A DNA stretch of 64,000 bases from Candidatus Aenigmatarchaeota archaeon (GCA_039091335.1 JAWCME010000001.1:10024-74023); one strand, 5' to 3'. Counted from the stretch's first letter, positions 1 to 10,072 are shown. Translations and numbers: made by a program. The notes: a model not told the origin generated them from the sequence alone.

Positions 1-290
1 AAGTTTACTGGAAAGTGAGAATATACAACTCTTAACTTATAAACAAATCCTTTTGTTACACCCTTTATCATGTTTTTAATATGTGCTTCTATGGTACCCA
101 CCATTGCCTTAATTTTTCTTCTTTCAGATTCAGAAAAAATCCTTATTTTATTTTCCGACTTTTCTATCCTTATTTCACTAAATCCCTTGAACTCCTTTTC
201 CAAACTTCCTTTTGGTCCAGAGACTTTAATTTTTCTTCCTTCTATTTCGATGCTAACTCCTTCTGGCACGATAATCTCTTTTTCGTACAT
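1..290 (-). CDS. rpl6: 50S ribosomal protein L6 (uL6), 5' part, runs off window start
   Basis: Not in the ORF track. Manual translation from ATG at 290: MYEKEIIVPEGVSIEIEGRKIKVSGPKGSLEKEF...VYSHFPVN, the archaeal uL6 pattern; lies downstream of uS8. Confidence 0.93.
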   Translation of the reverse strand, partial: MYEKEIIVPEGVSIEIEGRKIKVSGPKGSLEKEFKGFSEIRIEKSENKIRIFSESERRKIKAMVGTIEAHIKNMIKGVTKGFVYKLRVVYSHFPVN

Positions 291-407
291 TTCAATCCCT
301 TATTAATTAAATTTTTCTTGTTTTAATTTTCATCTAGCTTTTTGTCCTAAGTCAAAGAGAGTTATCTGTTTAATATGTTTAATATGGGATATTTTTCCTT
401 TTAAGCT

Positions 408-794
408 TTAATATATGTAACAAAGCAGTTTTCCGCCTATATGCAACTCCTTTGCTTTTATGTGGTCCATTACACCCTTTGAAGTACTTAGAATTAAAAT
501 CCCGAATTCTCTTCTAGGCAGGAACCTTTTCTCGTATTTTTCAAACTCTTCAATTTTAACTGAAAACCTTGGTTTTATTACATTAACATTAATTATCCTT
601 CCTTTTAGCTCTACTCTGAACTTTCCAGATTTTCCGTCGTCTATAAATTCAAAAGCTCCTATATAGCCCCTTTTCTGCATAACTTCTAGAACAGCCTTTA
701 TAAGCTTTGAAGCATTAACTATGCATTCTTTCTTTCCCACTCTTTCAGAATTTTTTATTGCAGACAACGCATCTGCTAGCTGGTCTTGAAGCAT
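408..794 (-). CDS. rps8: 30S ribosomal protein S8 (uS8)
   Basis: [50 protein letters not shown]. Confidence 0.97.
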   Translation of the reverse strand: MLQDQLADALSAIKNSERVGKKECIVNASKLIKAVLEVMQKRGYIGAFEFIDDGKSGKFRVELKGRIINVNVIKPRFSVKIEEFEKYEKRFLPRREFGILILSTSKGVMDHIKAKELHIGGKLLCYIY

Positions 795-841
795 TCTTCC
801 ACCTGTGGTATAATTTTGATTTAAATTTTTAAATTAAAAAA

Positions 842-941
842 TGCGCCGAGCGGGATTTGAACCCGCGTTGCAAGCTTGGAAGGCATACGCCAAAGTTCGC
901 GTCTTAGACCTTCAGCCTTTCGTAGGCTGGACCATCGGCGC
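842..941 (-). tRNA. trnG: tRNA-Gly(TCC) with two non-canonical BHB introns (911-923 in D-loop; 885-896 at 29/30)
   Basis: Acceptor GCGCCGA/TCGGCGC+A73, T-arm GCGGG TTCAAAT CCCGC, loop CT TCC AA. Removing the 13-nt and 12-nt inserts gives a 75-nt cloverleaf; CCA not encoded. Confidence 0.93.
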
Positions 942-980
942 ATTTATAGCTTTATAAATAATAAATAAAATCTTTTAAAT

Positions 981-1121
981 ATGTTTAAAGATGATGTGAT
1001 TAAAAGAGCGATAAGAAGATTTAAAAAAATGTTTCCTTGTTCTGAGGGACTGGAAAAAGAGCTTATCCCTCTTGGTAGAGAGGAAGCAAAACCAAGGACA
1101 TTAAAAAAAAGGAAAGGTTAA
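981..1121 (+). CDS. possible small basic protein (46 aa)
   Basis: MFKDDVIKRAIRRFKKMFPC...KKRKG*; fills the gap divergent from tRNA-Gly; no recognisable motif. Confidence 0.3.
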   Translation: MFKDDVIKRAIRRFKKMFPCSEGLEKELIPLGREEAKPRTLKKRKG

Positions 1122-1465
1122 CCTATATATTCTGGATGCTTTATTGGAACTTGTATAGGTCTACCCTTTGGCCTTCTTTTAAAATATTCCTTGTATGCCT
1201 CCCAAATTTTTCTTCCCTTTTCTCCATGAAGAATTTTTATTATCAACTGTCTTGGCCTGAAAGGTTGTTCTGATGTTGGGTTGTAGTCTATAAGCACAAC
1301 ATCTCCAGCTTTAATCTTGTCACTAATTCTTGGGTCTACTAAATATGTTATTATATTCTCGTCCCACGTTTCAACTACAGCCTGAACAGAATTATCAGAG
1401 CTTTCAACTTCTTTTTCCTTTGGAAAAATTACTTCCAATACAATGCCTGGATGGTAGTACACCAT
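1118..1465 (-). CDS. hypothetical protein (possible OB/beta-barrel)
   Basis: MVYYHPGIVLEV...ETWDEN...KAGDVVLIDY; GTGAG SD-like motif before ATG 1465. Confidence 0.75.
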   Translation of the reverse strand: MVYYHPGIVLEVIFPKEKEVESSDNSVQAVVETWDENIITYLVDPRISDKIKAGDVVLIDYNPTSEQPFRPRQLIIKILHGEKGRKIWEAYKEYFKRRPKGRPIQVPIKHPEYIG

Positions 1466-1469
1466 ATTC

Positions 1470-1961
1470 TCACAATTTATATCCAATCTTTCTTAAAAAT
1501 TCTTTTCTTTCCTCAATCTCCTTTTCTTCCTCTATCCCCTTTGATTTAAACCCATCCACTACTCCAAGTATCGCCCTTCCTTGATCTGTTTCGCATATTA
1601 TAACCTCTACAGGATTTGCTGTTGCACAAAATATTGAGCATACCTCTGGAACGTCCTTTAGTTTTGGTAAAATGTTTATTGGATAAGCGTTTCTCATGAA
1701 AATTATGAAGCAGTGCCCTGCTGAAATTTTAAGTGCATTCTCTATAGCAATCTTCTTCAACTCCTCGTCGTTTCCAGAATGCCTTATCAAACATGGACCA
1801 GAAGCTTCGCAAAAAGCAAGCCCAAATTTAATGTTTGGAACAGAATTAACTAAAGCCTCGTGTATATCCTCTACACTCTTAATAAAATGGGATTGCCCAA
1901 GGATTAAATTGCAATTCTCTGGAACTTGTATTTTTATTATTTTTAACTCCATATTATTCAT
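1470..1961 (-). CDS. DUF355 adenosine-specific kinase family protein
   Basis: [43 protein letters not shown]. Confidence 0.9.
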   Translation of the reverse strand: MNNMELKIIKIQVPENCNLILGQSHFIKSVEDIHEALVNSVPNIKFGLAFCEASGPCLIRHSGNDEELKKIAIENALKISAGHCFIIFMRNAYPINILPKLKDVPEVCSIFCATANPVEVIICETDQGRAILGVVDGFKSKGIEEEKEIEERKEFLRKIGYKL

Positions 1962-2006
1962 TTTTTATTCAAAATTTAAATCTTGCTGAGGTTAAAAATA
2001 ATAAAC

Positions 2007-3260
2007 ATGATTGGTTTAGTAGTAGTTTCTTCTAACATAGAAAAACAGAAAGAAGTAGGAGAAAAACTGAAAAAATTAGCAATCTCTACTTTTAATAAAT
2101 TTTCAAACATAGAGTTTTTTGATTTGGTTTTTAATGAAGAAATGGCGAAAAATCTTGTAGGAAGAATTAAAAAGGATGTTTGCGGATTAATAGTGCTTGT
2201 TGCGACTGGTGGGACTGAAAGAACAATAAGGGCTCTTGCTAAACTTAGAAAACCAATGCTTATCTTAGCAAATCCATTTAATAATTCTCTTGCCTCATCT
2301 TTAGAAGCATATTCCAAAATTAAAGAAAAATACCGTGTAAAACTTTTCTATTCTGATTTTAATTCTGATTTTTTGCATGAAATAAAATCTTTTTCTGAGG
2401 TGTGCGAAGTCATATCTAAACTTAAGGACTGTAAAATTGGGGTCATAGGCAAACCTTCAAAATGGCCTCTTTCTAAAAGAAACAAAAAACTCATAAGAAG
2501 GCTCGGACCAAGTTTAATACAACTAAAAATTCGAGATTTTTTAAAAGAGATTGAAAAAGTTAATGAAATAGAAGCAAATAATTTGTTGAAGCGTTTACGC
2601 TTAGGAAAAATTAAAGTTTCTAAAAAAGAATTGATTAAAGCAATAAAAGTTTATTTGGCACTTAAAGGATTAGCGTCGAAATATAAACTTTCGGCTGTTT
2701 CTATCAAATGTTTTGATATTATGAATTACAACTATACTCCATGCCTGGGAGTGAGTTTGTGTAATGATGATAATTTAATTGCAGGATGCGAGGCTGATCT
2801 ACAAAGCATTTTAACTATGATAATTGTCTCTTTTGTTTCAAATCAACAATGTTGGATGGCAAATCCCTCGAGAATATCTTTTGAAAAAAATACTATTTTG
2901 ATAGCTCACTGCACGATTGCTACTAAAATGATTTCTGATAGCTCAAAAATAGAGTTGATTACTCACATGGAATCTGGAAGTGGTGTAGCTATAAGGGGGC
3001 CTTTAAAAAATAAGGAAATAACCCTTGTAAGACTTGGTGGAAACCTTGAGAAAATGTTGATAGCAACAGGAAAAATAGTTAAAAGCAATATGAAAGAAGA
3101 AAATGTTTGCAGAACTCAGGCCGAGGTTAAATTAAAAGGTAAAATTGAAAGATGGATTGAAAATTCTTTGGGTAACCACCAAGTTTTGGTTTATGGTAAC
3201 ATCGAAAAAAAATTGATAGATTTTTGTAGATTTAAGAATATAGAAGCAATAGTAATTTAG
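2007..3260 (+). CDS. L-fucose/L-arabinose isomerase-like protein
   Basis: TGGTE, NSLASSLE, GCEADL, AHCT, CRTQ, GNHQ motifs. Confidence 0.8.
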   Translation: MIGLVVVSSNIEKQKEVGEKLKKLAISTFNKFSNIEFFDLVFNEEMAKNLVGRIKKDVCGLIVLVATGGTERTIRALAKLRKPMLILANPFNNSLASSLEAYSKIKEKYRVKLFYSDFNSDFLHEIKSFSEVCEVISKLKDCKIGVIGKPSKWPLSKRNKKLIRRLGPSLIQLKIRDFLKEIEKVNEIEANNLLKRLRLGKIKVSKKELIKAIKVYLALKGLASKYKLSAVSIKCFDIMNYNYTPCLGVSLCNDDNLIAGCEADLQSILTMIIVSFVSNQQCWMANPSRISFEKNTILIAHCTIATKMISDSSKIELITHMESGSGVAIRGPLKNKEITLVRLGGNLEKMLIATGKIVKSNMKEENVCRTQAEVKLKGKIERWIENSLGNHQVLVYGNIEKKLIDFCRFKNIEAIVI

Positions 3261-3961
3261 CTCTTTAATATTTTTAACATAGTTTGAGCATTAGATAACA
3301 TGTTTGTATTGTTATTAAAGAAGATATAAATTTTTTCCGGGCCAACCCTAAAGATTTTATCTTTTACTTCTTTCAACTCCTTGTTAGTATAATTGTGAGA
3401 ATACCATGCGTCCCTTCCATGCATTCTCAAATAAACAATTTTATTGGTAGAATAAACCTCTAAAGGAAAATCCGGTGAATCAACGCTAACCCAAGTTATT
3501 TTTAACTTAGATGCCCATTCTGTCCATTCTTCCTTAAACCAATCGAGGTTTCTTACTTCTAAAGCAAATTTTTCTTTTAGACCAGTTTTTTTAATGAATA
3601 TTTCTAGTTTTGAAGAAAAACTTGATGTAATGGAAGGGGGTAATTGAAACAAGTAAAAATCAATGTTTTTTTCTAACAATTTGAACAAGTCTTTAAACTT
3701 TTTCCAAAGCCCAAATGCCCTTTCGTTAAACTTAAATGTGTGCGTTATAAGCCTATTAACTTTAATACTCCATCTCAAAAATGGAAAAAAATTTTTTGTT
3801 TTTTTTAGCCAGGACTTTATTTGATTTGGAAAAGGGAAACGATAAAAACTTGCATTCAACTCAATTCCATTAAGTCTAGAATTCTTAAGATACCAATCAA
3901 AACTCAACTCTGGGTTCCAAGAGTAATACCACCCTGAGGTTCCTACAAATACTTCCATCAA
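3257..3961 (-). CDS. DUF72 (YecE-like) protein
   Basis: VGTSGWYY, ELNASFYRFP, LFQLPPS, YLRMHG, IFFNN. Confidence 0.9.
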   Translation of the reverse strand: MMEVFVGTSGWYYSWNPELSFDWYLKNSRLNGIELNASFYRFPFPNQIKSWLKKTKNFFPFLRWSIKVNRLITHTFKFNERAFGLWKKFKDLFKLLEKNIDFYLFQLPPSITSSFSSKLEIFIKKTGLKEKFALEVRNLDWFKEEWTEWASKLKITWVSVDSPDFPLEVYSTNKIVYLRMHGRDAWYSHNYTNKELKEVKDKIFRVGPEKIYIFFNNNTNMLSNAQTMLKILKS

Positions 3962-3984
3962 TTTTAAATAATTTTTTATTAAAC

Positions 3985-4536
3985 TTATAGACCAAGCTCT
4001 TCGTGAATCTTTTGTAAAGATTTGAGAGATATTTCAAAAAACTTCTCTTTTTGAATTCCTATATCCTCACAAAAAGTTATTCTTTCCCTGCTACATCTTC
4101 TTGCAAATGTTTTGTCCTTAAAACTTTTAATTATACTCTCTACCCTAACTTCTTCTAATTTTTTAGAAGGCATCACAAGAGCGGTTGCAATTATTAAACC
4201 TGAAACAGAGTCAGCAGCAATTAGCGCCTTTTCTATGTTTTTTTCTGGTTTTGTTCCGTTGTTTTCAAAGTTGTGTGCCTTTATCACTTTTATCAAATCT
4301 TCCCTAACCCTTTCTCTCAAAATTTCTTCAGCCAAAATCCCGTGTTTTTCTGGGCTATTTTCCGTTTTTTCAAAATCTATGTCGTGAAGAAGACCTACAA
4401 TACCCCATTCTTCAATATTTTCGCCCAAAAAAGAGGCAACCCCCCTCATTATAGCCTCTACTGCAATGGAATGTTTTATCAAATATTCTTTTTTAATATT
4501 TTGGTTCAAAAGTTCAAGTGCCTCTTCCCTTTTCAT
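3985..4536 (-). CDS. HD-domain (HDIG) phosphohydrolase
   Basis: KHSIAVEAIM, GLLHDID, HG, AHN, AADSVSG. Confidence 0.9.
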   Translation of the reverse strand: MKREEALELLNQNIKKEYLIKHSIAVEAIMRGVASFLGENIEEWGIVGLLHDIDFEKTENSPEKHGILAEEILRERVREDLIKVIKAHNFENNGTKPEKNIEKALIAADSVSGLIIATALVMPSKKLEEVRVESIIKSFKDKTFARRCSRERITFCEDIGIQKEKFFEISLKSLQKIHEELGL

Positions 4537-4545
4537 AATCTATCA

Positions 4546-5670
4546 CTAAAATTCTATGTTAGACCCAGAAATTATACAAACTATTTTCCCTTCCAAATCT
4601 TTTTTCAATTTTAGTGCTCCACAAATACTTGCCACACCAGCAAGTTCTGCGATTATACCCTCTTTCCTTGCTAACAGCTCTCTTGTTTTTAAAAGTTCTT
4701 TATCTGTAACTACTTCTGCAATACCATTAGATTTATTTATCGCTTCCAATGCCTTTATACCATCTAACGGGTTGGGGCAGTCTATTGCAGAGGCAATTGT
4801 TCTTGATTTTTTTATTGGAGAAATATTATCCTCCCCCCTTTTCCAAGCATTTACTATAGGAGAACATCCAGAGGCCTGAATTCCAACCATTGCAGGCAAA
4901 TTATCTATTAGGCCAACTTCCTTCATATCAAGAAATGCGTCCCATACGGAATAAATTAGTGTTCCGTTTCCCATTGGGCAAACCACATAATCTGGAGAAG
5001 AGAATTCAAATTGGTCTGCTATTTCAAAACCGACTGATTTCTGGCCCTCTCCTCTAAATGGATAATCTCCAACTATATGTGCTCCAGTTTTTTTTGAGAA
5101 TTTTTCGCATGCTTCTAATGCTTTTGTATAATCGCCATTTACTCTGAAAACCCTAGCACCAAGCATATTAATTTTTTTGATTTTTTGTGTAGAAACTTTT
5201 CTTGGCAAAAAAACATTAGCTTTCATTCCGGCCCTAGAAGAGTATGCTGCAATAGAAATACCCATGTTTCCTGTAGAGGCACAACAAACATCTTTGGCTT
5301 TAATCTCTACTGCTCTTGTTATTTCTACACTACTTCCCCTGTCTTTAAAACTACCGGTTGGGTTTGTTGTTTCAATTTTAAGAAACAGATTTTCAAAACC
5401 AAATTTTTCTGACCGCAATAGCTGGGTCCCACCCTCCCCAAGTGTAACTGCTTTTTTTGAATCTACCGGATAAAACATCCAATACTTCCAATGTGTTGGT
5501 CTTTCTTTTATAAAACTCTCTTTAGATATGATTTTTTTTATTTCATCATAATCAAAAACTATATCTAAGCTTCCATAGCAAATTCTGCATCTATTAACTA
5601 TCTCATTTAATTCATATTCCAAACCACATTCTTTGCAAACAATTTTTTTAGCTGTTATCAAACAATTCAA
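4546..5670 (-). CDS. thrC: threonine synthase
   Basis: N-terminal CxxC..CxxC, LGEGGT, NPTGSFKDRG (PLP lysine), ASTGN, PMGNG. Confidence 0.88.
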   Translation of the reverse strand: MNCLITAKKIVCKECGLEYELNEIVNRCRICYGSLDIVFDYDEIKKIISKESFIKERPTHWKYWMFYPVDSKKAVTLGEGGTQLLRSEKFGFENLFLKIETTNPTGSFKDRGSSVEITRAVEIKAKDVCCASTGNMGISIAAYSSRAGMKANVFLPRKVSTQKIKKINMLGARVFRVNGDYTKALEACEKFSKKTGAHIVGDYPFRGEGQKSVGFEIADQFEFSSPDYVVCPMGNGTLIYSVWDAFLDMKEVGLIDNLPAMVGIQASGCSPIVNAWKRGEDNISPIKKSRTIASAIDCPNPLDGIKALEAINKSNGIAEVVTDKELLKTRELLARKEGIIAELAGVASICGALKLKKDLEGKIVCIISGSNIEF

Positions 5671-6167
5671 CCTATTTCCATGCTTCTTCTCATCCAGAAT
5701 GCTTCTTCCTTCCCAATCTTCTTTTCTTCTATTTTTTTCTCTTCCTTCCCTTCTTCTTTTATCTCAATTCTAATGCTTTTAATTTTTTCTGCTATTCTCT
5801 TAAGTTCATCCTCAGTAATTTTAATTGGAGTAGACTCGATTAAAGGAACGTTTTCTTCATATACAGGATATATTCTGAAATGAAAGTGTGGTATTTCCTC
5901 TGAAGTTATTACTGAAATACTTATTGATTTTGGTTCTAGTGCCTGTTTTATCATTTCACTTACTATAAGTACAGACGAAAAGACTTTTTTTGATAACTCA
6001 AAGTTCTCGTCAAAAATTTTGTAATGGGTTTTTGGAATGACTATTGCCATTCCCCTTGAGCGAGGAAAAAGATCTAGAAATGCCGTTGAATTTTCGTCCT
6101 CATATATTATAAATGCGGGAATTTGTTTATTTGCTATTTTACAAAACACACAATCTTTTTGCTCCAT
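5667..6167 (-). CDS. HIT-family hydrolase with charged C-terminal tail
   Basis: True start likely MEQKDCVFCKI (ATG 6167); IYEDE, IPKTH, EIPHFHFRIYP. Confidence 0.85.
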   Translation of the reverse strand: MEQKDCVFCKIANKQIPAFIIYEDENSTAFLDLFPRSRGMAIVIPKTHYKIFDENFELSKKVFSSVLIVSEMIKQALEPKSISISVITSEEIPHFHFRIYPVYEENVPLIESTPIKITEDELKRIAEKIKSIRIEIKEEGKEEKKIEEKKIGKEEAFWMRRSMEIG

Positions 6168-6227
6168 ACTGTTAATTTTAAATGGATAGAATTTAAGTTT
6201 ATTTAATTGAATTTGCAGGTGATGGGA

Positions 6228-7196
6228 ATGGTAAAGGAAGGAAATCCACGCAGAGGCTCTCTTCAGTTCTATCCAAGGAAGAGGGCAAAAAGAATTTATC
6301 CAGCCATAAAAACATATCCAAAAAGTGAAAAGGCAAGGATATTGGGTTTTGCTGGTTATAAGGCTGGAATGCTTCATGCAATAATAATTGATAATAAAAA
6401 GAATTCTCCTACATTTGGACAAGAAATATCTGTACCAATAACTGTTTTGGATTGTCCTCCTCTTAAAGTTTTGGGTATTAGGGTTTATGAATCTACAACA
6501 AAAGGATTTAGAGCACTAAGCGAAGCATGGACAAAAGAACTACCGAAAGATTTGAGCAGAAAATTAAAAATTAACCCAAAAGAATATAATCTGGAGAACA
6601 TTGAAAAAATGATCGAAAAAATTTCTAAGGTTAGGATCATAGTAGCAACTCAGCCAAAATTGTCTGGAATTGGAAAGAAAAAACCAGAGGTTTTTGAAAT
6701 AGAAGTTGGTGGAACAAATATCAAGGAAAAAATAGATTTTGCTAAATCATTGCTTGGAAAAGAGATTAGAATAGAAGATTTTGTAAAAGATGGAGAACTT
6801 GTTGATGTCATCTCGATAACAAAGGGGAAAGGGTATGCTGGACCTGTTAAAAGGTTTGGAATAAAAATTCAGAATAGGAAGGCACATAAGAAAAGAAGAC
6901 ATGTTGGCACGCTCGGCCCAGAAACACCTTCTAGGGTAAGATGGACCGTACCTATGGCAGGCCAGATGGGATTTATGAGAAGAACTGAGATAAACAAAAG
7001 GGTATTGAAAGTTGGGAAAGGAGAAGAAATAACACCAAAGGGTGGATTTAAAAGATATGGAAAAGTGAAAACAAGCTATTTGATAGTTGAAGGTTCTGTA
7101 CCAGGAGAAAAAAAGAGGCTTGTCTTTATTAGAGCTCCAATAAGACCAGGAAAGATTAAATTTTTACCTACCGAGATTAAAAAAATTGTTAGTTAG
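6228..7196 (+). CDS. rpl3: 50S ribosomal protein L3 (uL3)
   Basis: PRRGSLQFYPRKRA, GFAGYKAGM, TKGKGYAGPVKRFG; GGTGA SD upstream. Confidence 0.97.
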   Translation: MVKEGNPRRGSLQFYPRKRAKRIYPAIKTYPKSEKARILGFAGYKAGMLHAIIIDNKKNSPTFGQEISVPITVLDCPPLKVLGIRVYESTTKGFRALSEAWTKELPKDLSRKLKINPKEYNLENIEKMIEKISKVRIIVATQPKLSGIGKKKPEVFEIEVGGTNIKEKIDFAKSLLGKEIRIEDFVKDGELVDVISITKGKGYAGPVKRFGIKIQNRKAHKKRRHVGTLGPETPSRVRWTVPMAGQMGFMRRTEINKRVLKVGKGEEITPKGGFKRYGKVKTSYLIVEGSVPGEKKRLVFIRAPIRPGKIKFLPTEIKKIVS

Positions 7197-7240
7197 AAAT
7201 ATCTTAAATTTTTATTTATAAAACTTTAAGATATGGTAAT

Positions 7241-8056
7241 ATGAAGGTTAGTGTTCTTGGTTTAGACGGAAAGGCAACAGAGGAAATTGAGTTGCCAAGT
7301 TTATTTAAAACACAGATTAGAGAAGATCTAATTCTCAGAGCGTTTCTTGCAACCCAAAGCAAAAAAAGACAACCTTATGGAGTAGATGTTTTAGCAGGAA
7401 AAAGAACATCAGCGCACTATCATGGCATGAGAAGGGAGAGATTTACAATGATGGGAAGAGATATTGCAAGGATGCCACGCATACATGGAAAAGGTGTTTC
7501 TCCAGCTTTAGCATGGAGGGCAAGATTCGTGCCTCAAGCTGTTAAAGGAAGGGCCGCACATCCGCCAAAAAAAGAAAAGATATGGGAACAGAAAATAAAC
7601 AAAAAGGAAAGAAGAAAAGCAATTCAGTCAGCAATAGCAGCGACAGCATCCATAGATTATGTTAAAAAAAAACACAGGCTTGGAAAAGATATGAAACTGC
7701 CTATAGTTGTAGAGGATAAAATTCAAGAAATATCTAAAACAAAAAATCTTGTTGAATTTTTGAAAAACATTGGGCTTGAGGAAGAAATAAAAAGGGTTGA
7801 GAAGAGGAAACTAAGGGCGGGAAAAGGAAAGAGACGGGGAAGAAAATATAAAGAAGGGGTTGGACCACTAATAGTAGTAGCAGAAGATGAGGGGATAAGT
7901 AAGGCTGCAAAAAATTTAATTGGAGTAAATGTATGCAGAGTTGAAAATTTGAGCGTAGAACATCTTGCACCTGGAGGTGTCCCTGGGAGAATTTCAATAT
8001 GGTCAAAAAGTGCAATAAATAAGCTTGAAAACTTTTTAAATTCTAAAAATATTTAA
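7241..8056 (+). CDS. rpl4: 50S ribosomal protein L4 (uL4)
   Basis: AGKRTSA, GRAAHPPK, RAGKGKRRGR, LAPGGVPGR. Confidence 0.97.
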   Translation: MKVSVLGLDGKATEEIELPSLFKTQIREDLILRAFLATQSKKRQPYGVDVLAGKRTSAHYHGMRRERFTMMGRDIARMPRIHGKGVSPALAWRARFVPQAVKGRAAHPPKKEKIWEQKINKKERRKAIQSAIAATASIDYVKKKHRLGKDMKLPIVVEDKIQEISKTKNLVEFLKNIGLEEEIKRVEKRKLRAGKGKRRGRKYKEGVGPLIVVAEDEGISKAAKNLIGVNVCRVENLSVEHLAPGGVPGRISIWSKSAINKLENFLNSKNI

Positions 8057-8244
8057 TTAATTCAAATTGATTAAATGATTGAATTTGAAAAATTTTCGAA
8101 ATTTAGGACGAAGGAAGATTATACAACAAGAATAAATGTTTTTAATAAAAAAACTGAAAGTTTGAAAAAAACTTCTGAAGTCCTGAAGGAAATTTGCATT
8201 TTATTGAATAAAGAATAAATTTATTATTTCATTTAATTTTGATT

Positions 8245-8505
8245 ATGGATCCATATAGTGTTTTGAAATATCCGCATTTGACAGAAAAATCTGTTGCACT
8301 GCTTGAAAAGGAGAATAAAATAGTTTTTATAGTAGACAGGAAAGCAAACAAAAAAGAAATAAAGGAAGCCTTTGAAAAAATTTTTGAAGTTAAGGTAAAA
8401 GAAGTTAATACTTTAATAACTTCTACAGGAGAGAAGAAGGCATTCATAAAACTTGACCCGAAGTTCAAAGCAACAGAAGTAGCAACAAGACTTGGAATTG
8501 TTTAG
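8245..8505 (+). CDS. rpl23: 50S ribosomal protein L23 (uL23)
   Basis: YPHLTEKS, FIVDRKANKKEIK, VNTLIT, KKAFIKL. Confidence 0.96.
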   Translation: MDPYSVLKYPHLTEKSVALLEKENKIVFIVDRKANKKEIKEAFEKIFEVKVKEVNTLITSTGEKKAFIKLDPKFKATEVATRLGIV

Positions 8506-8557
8506 TTTATTAGCTTAGAAAAAAATTTAAATATTAAATTGGGTTTAAGTGAATAGC

Positions 8558-9259
8558 ATGGGAAAAAGAATTATTGTAAGAGCAAGAGGCAGGGGTGGTC
8601 CAAGATATAGGGCACCAAGCCATAGATATTTGGGTAGAGTTGAATATTTGCCTGTGGGGATAAGCGGAAAAGTAAAAGATATAGTTCATGATCCTGGAAG
8701 AACGGCGCCTGTAGCTATAATTAAACTTGAAAACGGAAGGGAGGTTTTACATATTGCCCCAGAAGGACTAAAAGCTGGTGATATAGTATCTTATGATGGG
8801 GATGTTTCTGTTGGAAATGTTTTGCCCTTGGAAAAAATTCCTGAAGGAACAAAGATATGCTGCATTGAAACCTATCCTGGTTCAGGACCAAAAATTTGTA
8901 GAAGTTCTGGGAGTTTTGGGATAGTTTCTGGAAGGGTTGGAAACAACATAACAGTAACATTAAGTTCCGGAAAAACAAAAATTTTAAACCCAAAATGCAG
9001 GGCCATGATAGGTATTCCGGCCGGAGGTGGAAGAACAGAAAAACCATTTGTAAAAGCAGGTAAGAGATTCTATGCGCTATCTGCAAGAGGAAAGTTATAT
9101 CCAAGGGTAAAGGGTGTTGTAATGGCTCCTGTGGATCATCCGTATGGTGGAAGAAGCAAAAGGCCAAAACCATCAAAAACTGTTAGTAGGTTTGCACCAC
9201 CAGGAGCCAAGGTTGGTTCTATCTCTGCTAGGAGAACAGGAAAAAGAAGGGGAGGATAA
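8558..9259 (+). CDS. rpl2: 50S ribosomal protein L2 (uL2)
   Basis: MGKRIIVRARG, HDPGRTAP, KPFVKAG, VDHPYGG, ARRTG. Confidence 0.97.
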   Translation: MGKRIIVRARGRGGPRYRAPSHRYLGRVEYLPVGISGKVKDIVHDPGRTAPVAIIKLENGREVLHIAPEGLKAGDIVSYDGDVSVGNVLPLEKIPEGTKICCIETYPGSGPKICRSSGSFGIVSGRVGNNITVTLSSGKTKILNPKCRAMIGIPAGGGRTEKPFVKAGKRFYALSARGKLYPRVKGVVMAPVDHPYGGRSKRPKPSKTVSRFAPPGAKVGSISARRTGKRRGG

Positions 9260-9660
9260 TGGTAAAAGAGTTTTTTTTCAGAGGATATTCGCTGGAAGAA
9301 TTGAAAAAAATGAGCATAGAGCATTTTTCTAAACTATTACCTGCAAAATATAGAAGGAGTTTAAAGCGCGGTCTTACTGAACAACAGAAAAAACTTTTGG
9401 AAAACATAAGAAAAAACCCGGAAAAATTCCACAAAACACATGTAAGAGACATGATAATTTTACCCGAGATGGTTGGAGCAAAAATAGGGGTTTATTTGGG
9501 AGGAAAGAAGGGAGAAACTTCAAGATGGTTTCCTCTAACTATAACACCGGAGATGATAGGTCGTAGGTTGGGTGAATTTGTCCCGACAACAAAAAAAGTT
9601 AAACACAGTGCCCCGGGGATTGGAGCAACAAGAGGGTCTAAGTTCTTTGCAACTAAGTAA
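9259..9660 (+). CDS. rps19: 30S ribosomal protein S19 (uS19)
   Basis: FRGYSLEEL, THVRDMIILPEMVG, EMIGRRLGEF, GIGATRGS. Confidence 0.96.
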   Translation: MVKEFFFRGYSLEELKKMSIEHFSKLLPAKYRRSLKRGLTEQQKKLLENIRKNPEKFHKTHVRDMIILPEMVGAKIGVYLGGKKGETSRWFPLTITPEMIGRRLGEFVPTTKKVKHSAPGIGATRGSKFFATK

Positions 9661-9712
9661 TTTTAAATTTTTCTATATTGAAAATTTTAAAAAGAAATTA
9701 AGTGATGTTGGA

Positions 9713-10072
9713 ATGAAAAAAAGCATTTCGAAAATAAGGGACGCAAGAGTTTCACTTAAGAAATGTATTGTGATATGCAAAGAATTAAAAGGCAAAAAAA
9801 TCAGTAAAGCAAAAGATTTTTTGGAAAAATTGATTAAAAAAGAAATAAGCTTAAACGGAAAATACTATACAAACCCAGCTAAAAAAATACTTGAGCTTTT
9901 AAAGAACGCTGAAGCCGATGCAAAGTTTAAGGGATTGGAATTAGAAAGAACTTTTATTAAAAATATAAAGGCCGATAAAGGGTTTACGTTCATAAGACCA
10001 AGATCAAGGTTTAGGTTAAGGGGGAGAAGAATAAAGGCAACCCATTTAACTGTTGAGTTAGAGGAAAGATAA
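9713..10072 (+). CDS. rpl22: 50S ribosomal protein L22 (uL22), short form
   Basis: RVSLKKCIVICKELKG, ILELLKNAEADA, THLTVELEE; position between S19 and S3. Confidence 0.9.
   Translation: MKKSISKIRDARVSLKKCIVICKELKGKKISKAKDFLEKLIKKEISLNGKYYTNPAKKILELLKNAEADAKFKGLELERTFIKNIKADKGFTFIRPRSRFRLRGRRIKATHLTVELEER

Noticed and set aside
8075..8218. 47-aa ORF between rpl4 and rpl23
   Set aside because: No motif or SD sequence; cannot be distinguished from a chance ORF
9490..9545. About 6-aa insertion in uS19 (GGKKGETSRW) as a possible in-frame intron
   Set aside because: The BHB folds I could draw excise 11 or 32 nt and would break the frame; more likely a protein loop insertion
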